Shown in pieces: positions 12,936-26,040 of a stretch of DNA of 64,000 nucleotides. Position numbers and translations under genes: made by a program. Origin of the DNA: Octopus vulgaris (lineage: Eukaryota); assembly GCA_951406725.2 (NCBI GenBank), contig OX597826.1, positions 124,001 through 188,000 on the forward strand, given 5' to 3'. The notes beneath the pieces are model-generated. The model had not been told where the DNA came from and did no database searches. It saw only the letters and a program-made list of their open reading frames with translations. Position 1 is the first letter of the stretch, and the number at the start of each line of letters is the position of its first letter.

Positions 12936-13740
12936 ATACACACATAGATATACACACACCCACCATTATATATATACATGTACACGTACGCACGCACTTA
13001 ATTACATACATATAGCATATACACTCCAGGAGTCACAAGACTTGAAACACTGGCGTTAATGTTTGCAGTATGTTGACATATTGAATGTGGAGACGAAATA
13101 GATATGTACAAAAAAAGTGTCAAGTAACAACTGAGTCGAATTATAATAACCTATGAAATATATTTTAAAATAATACTTTACAAATAAAGTTTATATTTCA
13201 GTTTTGAAATATGGATCGATTTACTTCTTACCACTTCAGAACACATGTGGCCCATTAAGCAGAAGTATTTATTCCATTACCCATTTTCACTTCAAAAAAA
13301 TTAGAGGAAGGAGTGTAGAATTTATCCGTCGATTACGTAATCGACGGATAAATTCTACACTGGTAAGAAGTAAATCGATCCATATTTCAAAACTGAAATA
13401 TAAACTTTATTTGTAAAGTATTATTTTAAAATATATTTCATAGGTTATTATAATTCGACTCAGTTGTTAAATGACACTTTTTTTGTACATATTTATTTTG
13501 TCTCCACATTCAATATGTCAACATACTGCAAACATTAACGCCAGTGTTTCAAGTCTTGTGACTCCTGGAGTGTATATGCTATATGTATGTAATTAAGTGC
13601 GTGCGTATGCGTACGTGTATATATATAATGGTGGGTGTATGTATATCTATGTGTGTATATGCTATATGTATGTAATTAAGTGCGTGCGTACGTGTACGTG
13701 TATATATATAATGGTGGGTGTGTGTATATCTATGTGTGTA
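12936..13740. repeat. Fold-back inverted repeat (~300-bp arms) with an internal perfect 50-bp palindrome
   Basis: Arms ~12936-13233 and 13361-13660 are near-identical reverse complements; the last ~85 bp of the right arm is tandemly duplicated to 13740; palindrome at 13312-13361. Confidence 0.95.
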
Positions 13741-14077
13741 AGTTGAAAATTACAGGTTGAGAACTGGGATGGATTTAATCGACTTAAGTCCTGCCCTGAA
13801 ATTGCTGGCATTGTACCAACATTTGAAATCAATATTAGTAAAGACAGAAAAAAATGCTGGGTTATTCAACTAACATTTTGATATCAGGTCGCTCTTGAAT
13901 GCTACGGGTAACATGTAACCCAGTACAACTTGTCGCATGGTCGAGCCATCAGAGACTAAAAGGGTATCCCCACTAAGCTTGCTAGGTGGGAAGGATGATT
14001 TATTTGACATCCTGAGGGACAAAAAGCAACCCATTAAAAGACAGAGGAACACAAGAGAACCAATGATCATCTAATAA

Positions 14078-14245
14078 TGCGTGAAAGCACGTGGCTTGTT
14101 TAGTTAGAGCGTTGTACTGACGGTCGTGAGATCATGGTTTCGATCCCTAGATCGGCTGTGCGTTGTGTTCTTGATCAAAACACTCCATTTCACGTTACTC
14201 GAGTCCACTCAATGGCAAATGGGTAACCCTATGACGGATTAACAT
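14078..14245 (+). mobile_element. tRNA-derived SINE family C fragment
   Basis: A box (tggcttgtttagttagagc), B box (ggtttcgatccc), gtgttcttg.caa.acac motif; related minus-strand copy at ~35940-36190. Confidence 0.6.
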
Positions 14246-15159
14246 ATAAGGGTAGAGATGGCGAGACAGGAAAATTACGTGATTAACGGAGGTCACGCAA
14301 GTCACCTTTTTATATTCAGCGAACTCGTACTGTGAATCACCGACAGGTTGGGATTGGTTGTTTAACCAAGTCGAAGGAGAAATGAATGATGAATAGTTTG
14401 AACAATATACTCAGACGTCTGTTATGTGTGGTTCATTTCAAATGAATATCAACCAAACAATTAAGTGATTATTCTGAATAATTTTAATATTCACGTTGCT
14501 GAACCGCTAAGTTACGGGAACTCAAAAGCACCAACACCGATTGTTAAGCGGTTGATGGGGGAACAAACACACACACACACGACGGGTTTCTTTTAGTTTT
14601 CATCTACCAAATTCACTCAAAAGATTTTGCTCGGCCTGAGCTATAGTAGAAAACAGTTGCCTAAATTGCTACGCAGTGGGACTGAACCCGGAACTATATG
14701 GTTGGGAAGCAAGCTTCTTACTACACAGCCACACCTGCGCCTAAATAGGAGGTGGAAAATATTAAACGAGCGAATATTTTTTACAGCTCTTACATTCTGT
14801 GAAACTGAATCGTACCATATTGGATATTTTTCAGATTAATAGAGGCAGCTATGGTTTTATAAGAATCACATACATCAAATATAAGTATATTATGAATTTG
14901 TATAAAAAGCAAAAATCTTAATCATAAATTGCTCACGAGAAAAAGAAATGCTTAAAGTTTTAATGATTTCATTAATGTTTCTAATTTAGAAATTACTTAT
15001 GTAATTAAACTCAGAATTTAATTAGTTTACCCAAAATGTCTGAAACGAAGCCGTAATGGCAATATGGCAAGGTGATGGTATCTTAATGAGACAGCATATA
15101 ATTAACTAATTAACGTGTCAGTGGTATTCATTTAGAATAAGAAAAACACACACACATCT

Positions 15160-15213
<54 letters not shown>

Positions 15214-15318
15214 GGAGTAAACACATAAATGTGAAACAAGGTGGAAAAAAGAGTACTCAAATACCAGTGGTAGAAATGTAATATGCTTTATTTTAAGCAG
15301 CAGAAAAATCAACAAAAT

Positions 15319-15356
15319 CTGTTACTCTGAGTTTCTCGTTGCCGTTCATCAGACAG
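15319..15356 (-). ncRNA. Type-I hammerhead ribozyme motif (left-arm copy)
   Basis: Exact reverse complement of 17428-17465. Confidence 0.8.
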
Positions 15357-17427
15357 TTTTTGCTAGAATGGAACATATATATTAATTCAATCTATACTCT
15401 TACAAACGCTACACCTTTAAAAAGAAATGGACTTGTTTGATTGGCCCTTTAGAAAAAACGGTCAATCTTCGAGCGATAAACAAAAAGGTCAAAAATATAT
15501 GTATATATATATAAAAACTTATAAAATTATAAAATCCGAGGAAAATACCGAGGAAAAAACCTGTTATGAATTAATGAAGACAGTACAAATTAATGCATAG
15601 AAATTAAACCTGTTATAAATACTGCAATACATATTTATATTAAAATCCACATATATATATCAACATACACAAAAGGATGCGCGTAAACGCCATACATACA
15701 TATACAGACGTATGAATATGAATCTAAATTATACACATAAAAGCATGTGTATACATATATTCACGCAAACCGTCTCGCACGCAAGCTAAAATTCATCTAT
15801 GTAGCAATTCTCATATACTGAGCAAGGAGGGGGAACGAAAGAAAGGGAAAGAGAGAAAAAGGAACGGAGGAGGGGTGGGGAAAAAAATTTGTAGCGATGT
15901 TATTTGGCATCTATAGAGGCCTGTATACATACACAAGTTTGAATTGATACATATACATACCGTCGTGTATATGTGTGCTTAAAGCACAAGCATGCTTTCA
16001 CTCACACATACACAGATACGCATGCTTACAAATACATATGCTTTGCTATACACAAACTTATATAAACATTCTAAATTTGACAACATTGCTTTTTTATAAA
16101 AAACATTGCTTTTAAAAAATGGGTGCATTAATAAAAATATATACGAAGGACCTATAAAATAAAATATAACATCCTATTTTGGGTCATTTATAAATAATCA
16201 AGGTAATATAAATAATCAAGGTAATCTTATGCAATACAATAACATGAAAACAAAGTTTGTAGGTTTTTCCTAATATATATGTAGAAACAATAAGACTTTG
16301 CTATAGGTCCGTTGTATGCCTAAGAGTCAAAATCAAAATCAAAAAATCAAAATACAAAATATATACTCTATCCATATGGTATATTTATATTCGACATTTA
16401 AATTTAGCCTTGTGCCTACATAAGTTCATTAATTCACTTCTTTTGATTTTTTGATTTTGATTTTGACTCTTGAGCGCTACAACGGACCTATAGCAAAGTC
16501 TTATTGTTTCTACATATATATTAGGAAAAACCTACAAACTTTGTTTTCATGTTATTGTATTGCATAAGATTACCTTGATTATTTATATTACCTTGATTAT
16601 TTATAAATGACCCAAAATAGGATGTTATATTTTATTTTATAGGTCCTTCGTATATATTTTATTAATGCACCCATTTTTTAAAAGCAATGTTTTTTTATAA
16701 AAAAAGCAATGTTGTCAAATTTAGAATGTTTATATAAGTTTGTGTATAGTAAAGCATATGTATTTGTAAGCATGCGTATCTGTGTATGTGTGAGTGAAAG
16801 TATGCTTGTGCTTAAGCACACACGACGGTATGTATATGTATCAATTCAAACTTGTGTATGTATACAGACCTCTATAGATGCCCAAATAACTATCGCTTCT
16901 AAATTTTTTTCCCCACCCTCCTCCGTTCCTTTTTCTCTCTTTCCCTTTCTTTCGTTTCCCCTCCTTGCTCAGTATATGAGAATTGCTACATAGATGAATT
17001 TTAGCTTGCAGGTTTGCGTGAATATATGTACACATGCTTTTATGTGTATAATTTAGATTCATATTCATAAATCTGTATATGTATGTATGGCGTTTACGCG
17101 CATCCTTTTGTGTATGTTGATATATATATGTGGATTTTAATATAAATATGTATTGCAGTATTTATAACAGGTTTAATTTCTATGCATTAATTTGTACTTT
17201 TATGTATTAACAGTAACAGGTATTTCCTCATTTTCCTCGGATTTTTATAATTTTTAAAAATAAGTTTTTATATATATATACATATATATTTGACCTTTTT
17301 GTTTATCGCTCGAAGATTGACCGTTTTTCTAAAGAACGCTGAATCAAACAAGTCCATTTCTTTTTAAAGATAATGACGTTTGTAAGAAGTATACAGATTG
17401 AATTAATATATATGTTCCATTCTAGGC

Positions 17428-17465
17428 CTGTCTGATGAACGGCAACGAGAAACTCAGAGTAACAG
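17428..17465 (+). ncRNA. Type-I hammerhead ribozyme motif (right-arm copy)
   Basis: CTGT-CTGATGA-A-CG(GCAA)CG-A-GAAA-CTC(A)GAG-TA^ACAG: stem I CTGT/ACAG, canonical CUGAUGA and GAAA, GNRA loop, GUA cleavage triplet. Confidence 0.85.
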
Positions 17466-17497
17466 ATTTTGTTGATTTTTCTGCTGCTTAAAATAAA

Positions 17498-17563
<66 letters not shown>

Positions 17564-17659
17564 GCTGTACATGAATGTAAGCTGTATACATGTGTGTGTG
17601 TATATATATATTATGAATGTATGTATGTATGTATGTATGTATGTATGTATGCAGATATA

Positions 17660-17775
17660 CAGGGTGTGGCAAAATGATCTGATACATTTGTAGGTTTAAT
17701 AAAAGCAAAATAGAGAAAAGAATGAAAAACTGTTATTAAACCTACAAATGTGTCAAGTCATTTTGCCCCAGCCTG
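17660..17775. mobile_element. Tc1/mariner-type MITE (116 bp)
   Basis: ~43-bp TIRs CAGGGTGTGGCAAAATGA..TTTGTAGGTTTAATAA; TA on both sides. Confidence 0.8.
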
Positions 17776-17785
17776 TATATATATG

Positions 17786-17862
<77 letters not shown>

Positions 17863-17863
17863 G

Positions 17864-17911
<48 letters not shown>

Positions 17912-18401
17912 ACTATCTATTTCGCTTCTCCAAGTAAGTTTTTATTTGAATAATCATGACGCGCACTCTTACTCTTTACTTCACCTTTCCTCCCTGCCTG
18001 TCTGTCTTCCTCTCTACTTGCCTCTCTCCTTCTAATTTTTCACCCTTTCTGGTTTCTTACCCCCTCCATCTCTCCTCCTCCTCTCTCTGTTTTGTTGACC
18101 AGAGCGCTACTAAAAACTTTCTTTCAGCTCCGTGCTTTCCACAAGCATAGGCCGACTTCCCTGTCTTTCCGCAAGCCGATTTTTCACATGCGTTCTAACT
18201 AATTTTTTCACCGTCTAGGCCTAAAAAAAGCCCTTTTGTTTGTTCCTTGTCCTGTTATTCCTTATTTGTACTGTTTTTTCTACTGTCTCTTCTTCATTTG
18301 TATTGCTTTTACGTCCTTTTCTTGTCACTCGTTTTACCCCTCTGCAAAAGAATCTTATTTAATTCCTTTTTCAGGAAGGACTGCTTCGGCCTGGCCGTGT
18401 T

Positions 18402-18501
18402 NNNNNNNNNNNNNNNNNNNNNNNNNNNNNNNNNNNNNNNNNNNNNNNNNNNNNNNNNNNNNNNNNNNNNNNNNNNNNNNNNNNNNNNNNNNNNNNNNNN
18501 N
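18402..18501. other. Assembly gap (100 N)
   Basis: Run of n. Confidence 1.
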
Positions 18502-18524
18502 CCGCACAAAGTTTTTTAGGACGA

Positions 18525-18878
18525 AAATAAGATCTAAAGTTATCTCTAAGTAGCACAAAGATCGCCCAAAAGTGTATATAGATATATAAATGTATTTGTA
18601 TATTCATCTATGCACACATGTATGTATAACGTGTGTGTATATATTTCCATAGAGGTAACCATTCACTCCATACAAAGTTTTTTAGGACGAAAATAAGATC
18701 TAAAGTTATCTCTAAGAAACAGAAAGATCGCCCAAAAGTGTATATAGATATTTAAGTGTATTTATATATTCATCTATACACACATGTATGCTATACACAC
18801 ATGTATGTATAATGTGCGTGTATATATTTCCATAGAGGTAACCATTCAATCCATACAAAGTTTTTTAGGACGAAAATA
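18525..18878. repeat. Tandem repeat, ~150-180-bp unit, about 2.2 copies
   Basis: acaaagttttttaggacgaaaat recurs at ~18526, ~18672 and ~18855; abuts the gap. Confidence 0.85.
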
Positions 18879-19723
18879 TTTATATATAAAAGAAAGGTTG
18901 TGTGTCTGTCTACTCCGATTTAGATTCCTAACTACTCCCACATTTTGCGATGCAGTTTAACAAAAACTGGGTATCTTATAGTCGTGATTCATATCGAGCC
19001 CTTCTGGGTATTAGCGCGCGTCTACGATGAGTCTATGATTTTACAAATAATTTACCATCATTTTTTTCCATTTTAATGCATATTTTTTAAAATAAACGGA
19101 AGTAACTCTCAAACTTCACACCAATATGCGTGCTCATATGCGACGTAATATCACATCAGCAGCATTTCCTCACACCCTCCTTGCACTTGGCGAAGGCAAA
19201 ATACCAGGGGATGAAAATGGTAATATTGCCATCGATTCCATTTGTACCATTGTTAAGACGCCTTCTGATCTCAGAGATGCAGTGTTCCCAGATCTACAAG
19301 CTAATTATCAGAATATGGATTGGATTGGCAAAAAGGCTATACTGGCCCCGAGGAATAAAACTGTTCACCATATTAATGATGAAATACTAAAACTCATTCC
19401 TGGGGAAGTCTATGTATATCAGTCTATCGATACAACTCCTGACCCAGAGGACGTCATCAACTATACAATAGAGGTACTCAATTCCTTTGAGCACCCCGGA
19501 CTACCACCACACTTTCTCAAACTTAAAGTTGGTGCCCCTATAATGCTCATCAGAAATTTGGTTCCCCCAAAACAATGCAATGGCACACGTTTGATCGTTA
19601 AGTCCTTATCTCCCACCGTAAGCTTATATCAATATTTGCCTGAATAATCATCATAATTCAGTGCAATCATAAACAGTACTTTCAAGCAATTCAGCCCCGA
19701 GCAACGCCGGGCAATTCTGCTAG
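18879..19723 (+). mobile_element. Internally deleted Helitron with a PIF1-helicase fragment (19126-19647)
   Basis: AILAPRNKTV..IN and GLPPHFLKLKVGAPIMLIRNL..CNGTRL; 3' hairpin CCCGAGCAACGCCGGG then CTAG (19720-19723) followed by T. Confidence 0.9.
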
Positions 19724-20078
19724 TATATATATAAAACAATACTGGGAGGATAAGGAACGGAACGAAGCGACGAATCGAAACGAACCCGACGCGAAGCGCT
19801 GTCAGACAATAGTGTAATAATAAATAAAATAAATAAAATAAATAAAATATATGCATACAACAAACATATATGTACGTACCAACATCTACGTGTATATATA
19901 CATGCATATATAAATATATATACGTGAGTTCAGGACACCACAACTAGACGTAGAACTCAACGAGAAACGAAAACGGAAAAGCCATTTTTTTACAACAGAA
20001 AAACAGAGACGTGGAACTGGACGAGAAACGAAAACGGGAAAAAACATTTTTTTACAACAGAAAACCAGAGTACAGGAC

Positions 20079-20136
<58 letters not shown>

Positions 20137-20759
20137 AGAGAGAGAGAGAGAGAGAGAGGGAGAAAGAGTAAAGTTTTTTTGCCAACGTAAAGTGGAAGTC
20201 CTGATTAGGACGATGTTACTGACTTTTTTTAGCCCCAGGAAAACATCTTTTCCAGCTGGCTACCGACGCACAGCTGCATCCTTATACCTCGAACAAAGGA
20301 GCTAATCGTCCAAATCAGGATCGCTACTTTTACATTGGCAAATAGATTTTACTCTGTAATACTGTTACTACTTACTTCTCACTCAGAGATTTAAAACAAA
20401 TTGTTTTCTTCATTATACACACACACACACATACATAGGAGAAAGGGTAGGAGAAAGAAAGAAAGAGAGGGAGGGAGAAAGGAAAGGAGAGAAAGAAAGA
20501 GAATGAGAAGGAGGGGAGATAGTGTTGGGGAGAAAGAAGGAGGGAAGAAGAAAGGGAGGAAGGAAGTGAGGAAAAGAGGGAGGAGCGAAAGTGGGAGAGG
20601 GCGAAAAGAATTGGAGGGAGAGACGAAAGTATCTTCAAACTGGAAACTTTACCCGCATCCTTGCAACAGAACGGAACCCAACAGAGAAACCCAAGGTGCT
20701 AGATAATGGTATTAAAGCGAGCTATGGGTTATGTCTACCACCCGAGTATCCAAGTAAGC

Positions 20760-21395
20760 TATAGCAGGGTTTGAACTCAAAATGCAAAGAACCGGAACAA
20801 ATACCGAGCGATGTCCAGTTCAGCGTTTTTGCAGTTCCGCCACAGCGCAGCCTTCAGATGGTACTTCTTATCGACTACGAAAGTAAGAAAAACAAAGTTG
20901 ACTTCGGGAGGATTCGAACTCAATGCACTGCGAGCTAAAGCAAATACCGCAAAGCAATCAGTTCGACGCTCTAACGTCTCTACCAATATGTACAGGGTAA
21001 TTGGGGCGGCGAGCTGGCAGAAACATTAGCATGCAGGATAAAATGCTTCGTGGCATTTCATCTCAGTTCAAATTCAGCCGAGGTCGACTTTGCCTTTCAT
21101 CCTTTCGGAGTCGATAAATTAAGTACCAGTTACGCACTGGGGTCTGTCCTTGTTTGTCCCCTCTATGTTTAGCCCCTTGTGGGCAATAAAGAAATAATAA
21201 ACGTTAGCGCGCCGGCCGAAATGCTTAGCGGCATTTCGTCCATCTTTACGTTCTGAGTCCAAATTCTACCGAGCTCGACTTTGTTTTTCATTCTTTCGAT
21301 GTCGATAAAATAAATGCCAGTTAGACACTGGAGCCGCTGTAATCGACTTAGCCCCCCTCTCCCGAAATTTCTGGCCTTCTGCCAAACTCTGCAAC
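20760..21395. mobile_element. SINE family A cluster (two old minus copies; plus copies at 21003-21198 and 21199-21395)
   Basis: Repeated heads and Nin-like cores; the two plus copies are directly abutted and have different 3' tails. Confidence 0.8.
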
Positions 21396-22092
21396 CAATA
21401 TGTACAGAGTAATTTAAAACGAATGTTACAGAAAAAAAAACCATATATGTGAGTGTAGTAATTAATATATTTCAAAAGCACATATGTAACATGAAAGGTT
21501 AACTCTTCAAGTTTCTACTGAAATCTACAGTCATATTACATCTGTACTTTTGCAATATATCATATTCATTGTAGCACTCACATGTGTTTTCGTTTTTACC
21601 TTTCATTTTGAATTACCCTGTATTTCACACCAAGAAGTGAAATTAACGTATTTCTTTGCCCATAAATCGCACATTTTTTTCATTAAAAAAATTAATCGAA
21701 AAATAACCTGGTGTCTTATCACTAAAATGTTAGGTTGTAGTGTGAAGTTTGATATATAGGTACAGTGTACATCAGAACCACAATCTCTATTACATCAGTA
21801 AACCTACAGCTGCAAATACGAATGTTCTACACATACATACATACATACGTTTCATACATACATACATACATACATACATACATACATACATACATACATA
21901 CATACATACATACATACATACATACATACATACATGCATGCATACGTACATGTGTTTATACACACACACATGTATTTATATATACATACCTAAAGAAAAA
22001 ATACACACACACACATATATATATATATCGTCAATAAATCATGAATCCGACAGAAAAGCCTACTGTAAGTTATAGAGCAGAAGAGCATTTAG

Positions 22093-22307
22093 ATAAAGAC
22101 AGTTATGGCCGGTTTATAGGGTTACCCAGGGTTTTGTGTCCATAAAGCCTTAGCTTTAAAGCGTCTCATCAGACGCTAATGGTCGGAAACTTATAAGAGA
22201 TGTTGTAGGCCACCGGCTTTTCGGGTCTGACTAGACGTTATAAAGCTAAGCTCTTTATAGATGCAAAATACTGGGTAACCCTATAAACCGGTTACAACTG
22301 TCTTTAT
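22093..22307. mobile_element. Unclassified MITE with ~85-bp imperfect TIRs
   Basis: ataaagacagttatggccggtttatagggttacccag vs ctgggtaaccctataaaccggttacaactgtctttat. Confidence 0.75.
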
Positions 22308-22323
22308 TTATCTCTCTCTCTCT

Positions 22324-22379
<56 letters not shown>

Positions 22380-22459
22380 TTATATATATATGCGTGTGTG
22401 TGTCTATGTATGTATGTATGTATGTATGTATGTATGTATGTATATATACATATATATAT

Positions 22460-22540
<81 letters not shown>

Positions 22541-22792
22541 CGCAGGAGTGTTTACGTCCCCGTAACTTAGCGGTTCGGCAAAAGAGACCGATAGAATAAG
22601 TACTAGGCTTACAAAGAATATGTAATGGGGTCGATTTGCTCGACTATAGACGGTGCTCCAGCATGGTCCCAGTCAAATGACTGAAACAAGTAAAAGAGCA
22701 AAGGAGTAAAAGAGTAAATATGTTAATATGTATATATGCTAATTTCACCGTCTGAAAAATAGGAAAACAATGAGTGCTAAAGAGTGAAATAG

Positions 22793-22826
<34 letters not shown>

Positions 22827-23199
22827 AGGGAGGGAGGGAGGGAGAGAGAGAAACGTGGAGGATGGGGAAGGAGATGTAGCATAAAGGAATGCAAGATATG
22901 TGAATGAGTAATAGAAATAAAAGGAGTGTTGCGAGAAAAGAAAAAAAACACTACTAAATGCTAAACGTACGGTTTATGTTCCACTTGAATGCCATCTTAC
23001 CATTCTCTCCAGAAACATTATGCGCTGAGAATTTATTACGTAGGTTATTTTGTTACCACAAACATACTACATGCGGTAGTGTACCATCTGCGCAAAACGA
23101 GAGACTGCTTTCCAAGCTAAGCTTTATAAGCCTCCTCTTTGGTCGGATGACATTTTAAAATTCTTGGTTAAACTAAGTTGTTCTTTTACCGCTTGGTGC

Positions 23200-23520
23200 T
23201 GCAACGAGCCGCTTTCATCCTAAGCATTGTACAGCCAAAGAAGAAACTGCCGAACAAAACCATTTCCATTCCGTCTCGACATCCTCAGTTTCTTCAGGAA
23301 GGGCTCCGAATTTGGATGCACTTCTTCCCGCACCTTTGTTTCTGATCCTATCACACACAAGAACTTCCAACTTTATCTTGTAAATCGCACTGGAATTGTG
23401 AGTTTCGTGAGTTCTCCCCTGCTGTAGATGGTCTCAGGTCGCAGACAACTAGGTGATGATCAGTTGATAACTCATCTCCTCTTTTTACTCGAACATCCAG
23501 CACAGAATCAAAGAGATGAT
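23200..23520 (-). pseudogene. RTE-clade LINE fragment (APE endonuclease C-terminus and linker)
   Basis: Minus strand VLDVRVKRGDELSTDHHLVV followed by EDVETEWKWFCSAV. Confidence 0.75.
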
Positions 23521-23843
23521 AACAAAAAATCCCTATACCAAAGAATCCCTTTACCCAAAGAGTACTTATAACAGAGAATCCCTATATCTGTGTTGGAAAT
23601 TTATTAAAGTCTCTTCACTTTCAGGGTCGCTATTCATCCTAATGATAAAATGAGTAGGTTCCCGAATACAAGCAGCAGAAATGTAATTCATCCGAAGGGG
23701 CTATAGTAGAAGACACTTGCTCAAGATTCCACGCTCTGGAACTGAACCCAGAACTATGTGGTTGGGAAGCAAACTAGCAAATATCTCATCACACAGCCAC
23801 GCGTACATCTAACACTACTGATGGGCAGCGATGAGATAATACA

Positions 23844-23875
<32 letters not shown>

Positions 23876-23917
23876 CACACATTCACACACATATATATGT
23901 ATACATATATTTATACA

Positions 23918-24960
23918 TATTGGGTCATCCCATAAATAATGCGGCTTTTTCAACTGCATGAACTAAAATTCGGAGGGATAAATTACCTGCATCAAAGCAG
24001 GTAGTAATTTTACCTTGTCCTTATTCCTAGGGCAACTTTTGAAGGGTGCAGTTGGATTTTAACAGTTATTTTTTCAAAATCTATTATGGAAGTGACAAAG
24101 GAACATATTCGGCATATTTTGCTTTATAAGTTCAATAAAGGCAACAACGCAACGAAAAGTGTGAGGAATATTAATGCATTATATGGGGATCGGACAATAG
24201 GCGTAAACGAGTGTCAACGGTGGTCCCAGAAGTTCTGAGCCGAAATCTACAGCCTAGAAGACGAGCCCCGTCCTGGAAGATCTGTAGAGTTCGACAAGAA
24301 CGTTTTGCAAACCCTAGTGGAACAAAATCCCATCGTAACTGTTGAGGAACTAGCAGAGAAGCTTGGATTTAGTCATTCAACCATTCATCGACACCTGCGT
24401 GCCATCGGAAAAGTCAGCAAATTGGGTCAATGGGTTCCTCACAAACTTTCCGAGTCTAATCGCGCGCAGAGAGTGAATGTGTGCTATTCTTTGCTGTCAC
24501 GTATCACCAATGAACCTTTTTTGGACCGAATAGTGACTGGTAACGAGAAATGGGTTCTCTATAAAAATGTCAAGCGCCGAAGACAATTTGTAGGGAAAGG
24601 AGAAACACCGGCACCCCAAGCTAAAGAAGGTCTTCACCCACGTAAAGTGTTGTTATCTGTTTGGTGGGATATGAAAGGTTTAGTCCACTTTGAACTTTTA
24701 AACCCAAACCAAACGATAACAAAGGTGTTCTTCCATCAGGATAATGTTTGGCCACCAACAGCAAAGATGACATTCCAAAGGCTGGAACAGTTTGAATGGG
24801 AAACGATGCCCCATCCACCATATTCGCCGAACATTGCCCCATCTAAGAGTCATTTATTCCGCAAGCTTCAAAATCACTTAGACGGAAAAAATATGAATTC
24901 TGTAGACGAGGTGAAAACAGTACTGGAAGTATATTTTCCGTCAAGGACAAGTGAATATAT
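23918..24960 (+). mobile_element. Mariner transposon, inactive and 3'-truncated
   Basis: TIR start TATTGGGTCATCCC; ATG at 24086 (MEVTKEHIRHILLY); WVPHKL, VTGNEKW, HQDN, HPPYSPNIAPS; stop codon, internal deletion and mutated catalytic Asp residues. Confidence 0.92.
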
Positions 24961-24973
24961 GTAATATGTTTAT

Positions 24974-25080
<107 letters not shown>

Positions 25081-25082
25081 AA

Positions 25083-25303
25083 TATGAGGGGGTGAGGAAA
25101 AGTTCTTGGCTTTGGGTCACAGAAAATACACGATGATCAGTTAATTATAATTCTATTCAACATATTCCCCTCTCAGATTCACATACTTATTACAGCAGTC
25201 CCTCAATTGTTCTAAGCCCTGTAAAAGAGATCGGAAAATTGGGCCTCCAACCAGGCATTTTGCGATACTCTTAAAGCCAGGAACATTTCAGTACCCCCTC
25301 GTA
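25083..25303. mobile_element. Mariner-derived MITE
   Basis: TIRs TAYGAGGGGGT..GAAAAGTTC.TGGCTTT with TA flanks; internal sequence recurs at ~42228-42330. Confidence 0.8.
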
Positions 25304-25666
25304 TATATTACACCCCCCACACACATAGCACACTCGGAACTTTAAGAGGTTTATGCGTTTTAGATGTATATGTGTATGTATGAGTATATGTGTGCATGTC
25401 GAGAAATTAAGTTCGTTTCGCAATAATGAAGTCTCAGGTTCAATACCAGTCCACAGATTTATTGGATGCATTATACTTATAATCCAAAGCTCCAGCCTTG
25501 TCGCTTATTTTATCATGCTGACACTGCCTGAGAATTACATTAAGAATACACATGCCCGTTGGAATAATCAACCACTTTAACGTTAATTTAGCGAATAAAT
25601 AGTTCAGTTGATCGAACAACTGGAATAGTATGATCAAAACCGATGAACGACCCATCATTATTGTCA

Positions 25667-25724
<58 letters not shown>

Positions 25725-25839
25725 GTGTGTGTGTGTGTATGTATGTGTGTGTGTGTATGTGTATGTGCGCGTGAAAATATATCACAATATATGAAATATA
25801 CTTTCATCTAAAGGATCATTATCATTTGTAGCACTTAAG

Positions 25840-26040
25840 TCAAGGAGCTGGCCGAATTGTTAGCACGCCGGACAAAATGCTTAGTAACATTTCTATTACG
25901 TTCTATATTTAAAATCCACCGTAGTCGATTTGCCTTTCATCCTTTCGGAGTCGATAAAATAAGTACCAGTAATACACTGCGGTCAATGTAATTCACTAGC
26001 CCCCTCCCCCAAAATTTCAGACCTTGTGCCTATAGTAGAA
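25840..26040 (+). mobile_element. SINE family A with the alternative tail
   Basis: Same head and core; tail cccctcccccaaaatttcagaccttgtgcctatagtagaa. Confidence 0.8.

Larger units (their letters stand above)
15211..17498. mobile_element. Fold-back PLE-type element with ~1.06-kb inverted arms (15286-~16350 and ~16440-17498)
   Basis: The arms are reverse complements along their whole length; each carries a canonical-core hammerhead; both ends are embedded in (TA)n; no ORF. Confidence 0.85.

Noticed and set aside
18525-18878. Repeated units resembling an array
   Set aside because: The intervening sequences are near-identical, so this is a tandem repeat next to a gap and not CRISPR; no cas genes, eukaryotic context.
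22165-22190. CTGATGAG (minus) and GAAAC (plus) suggesting a hammerhead
   Set aside because: The two core halves are on opposite strands.
24305-24964. 219-aa ORF as an active or domesticated mariner transposase
   Set aside because: Upstream stop, internal deletion and two of three catalytic Asp residues changed.
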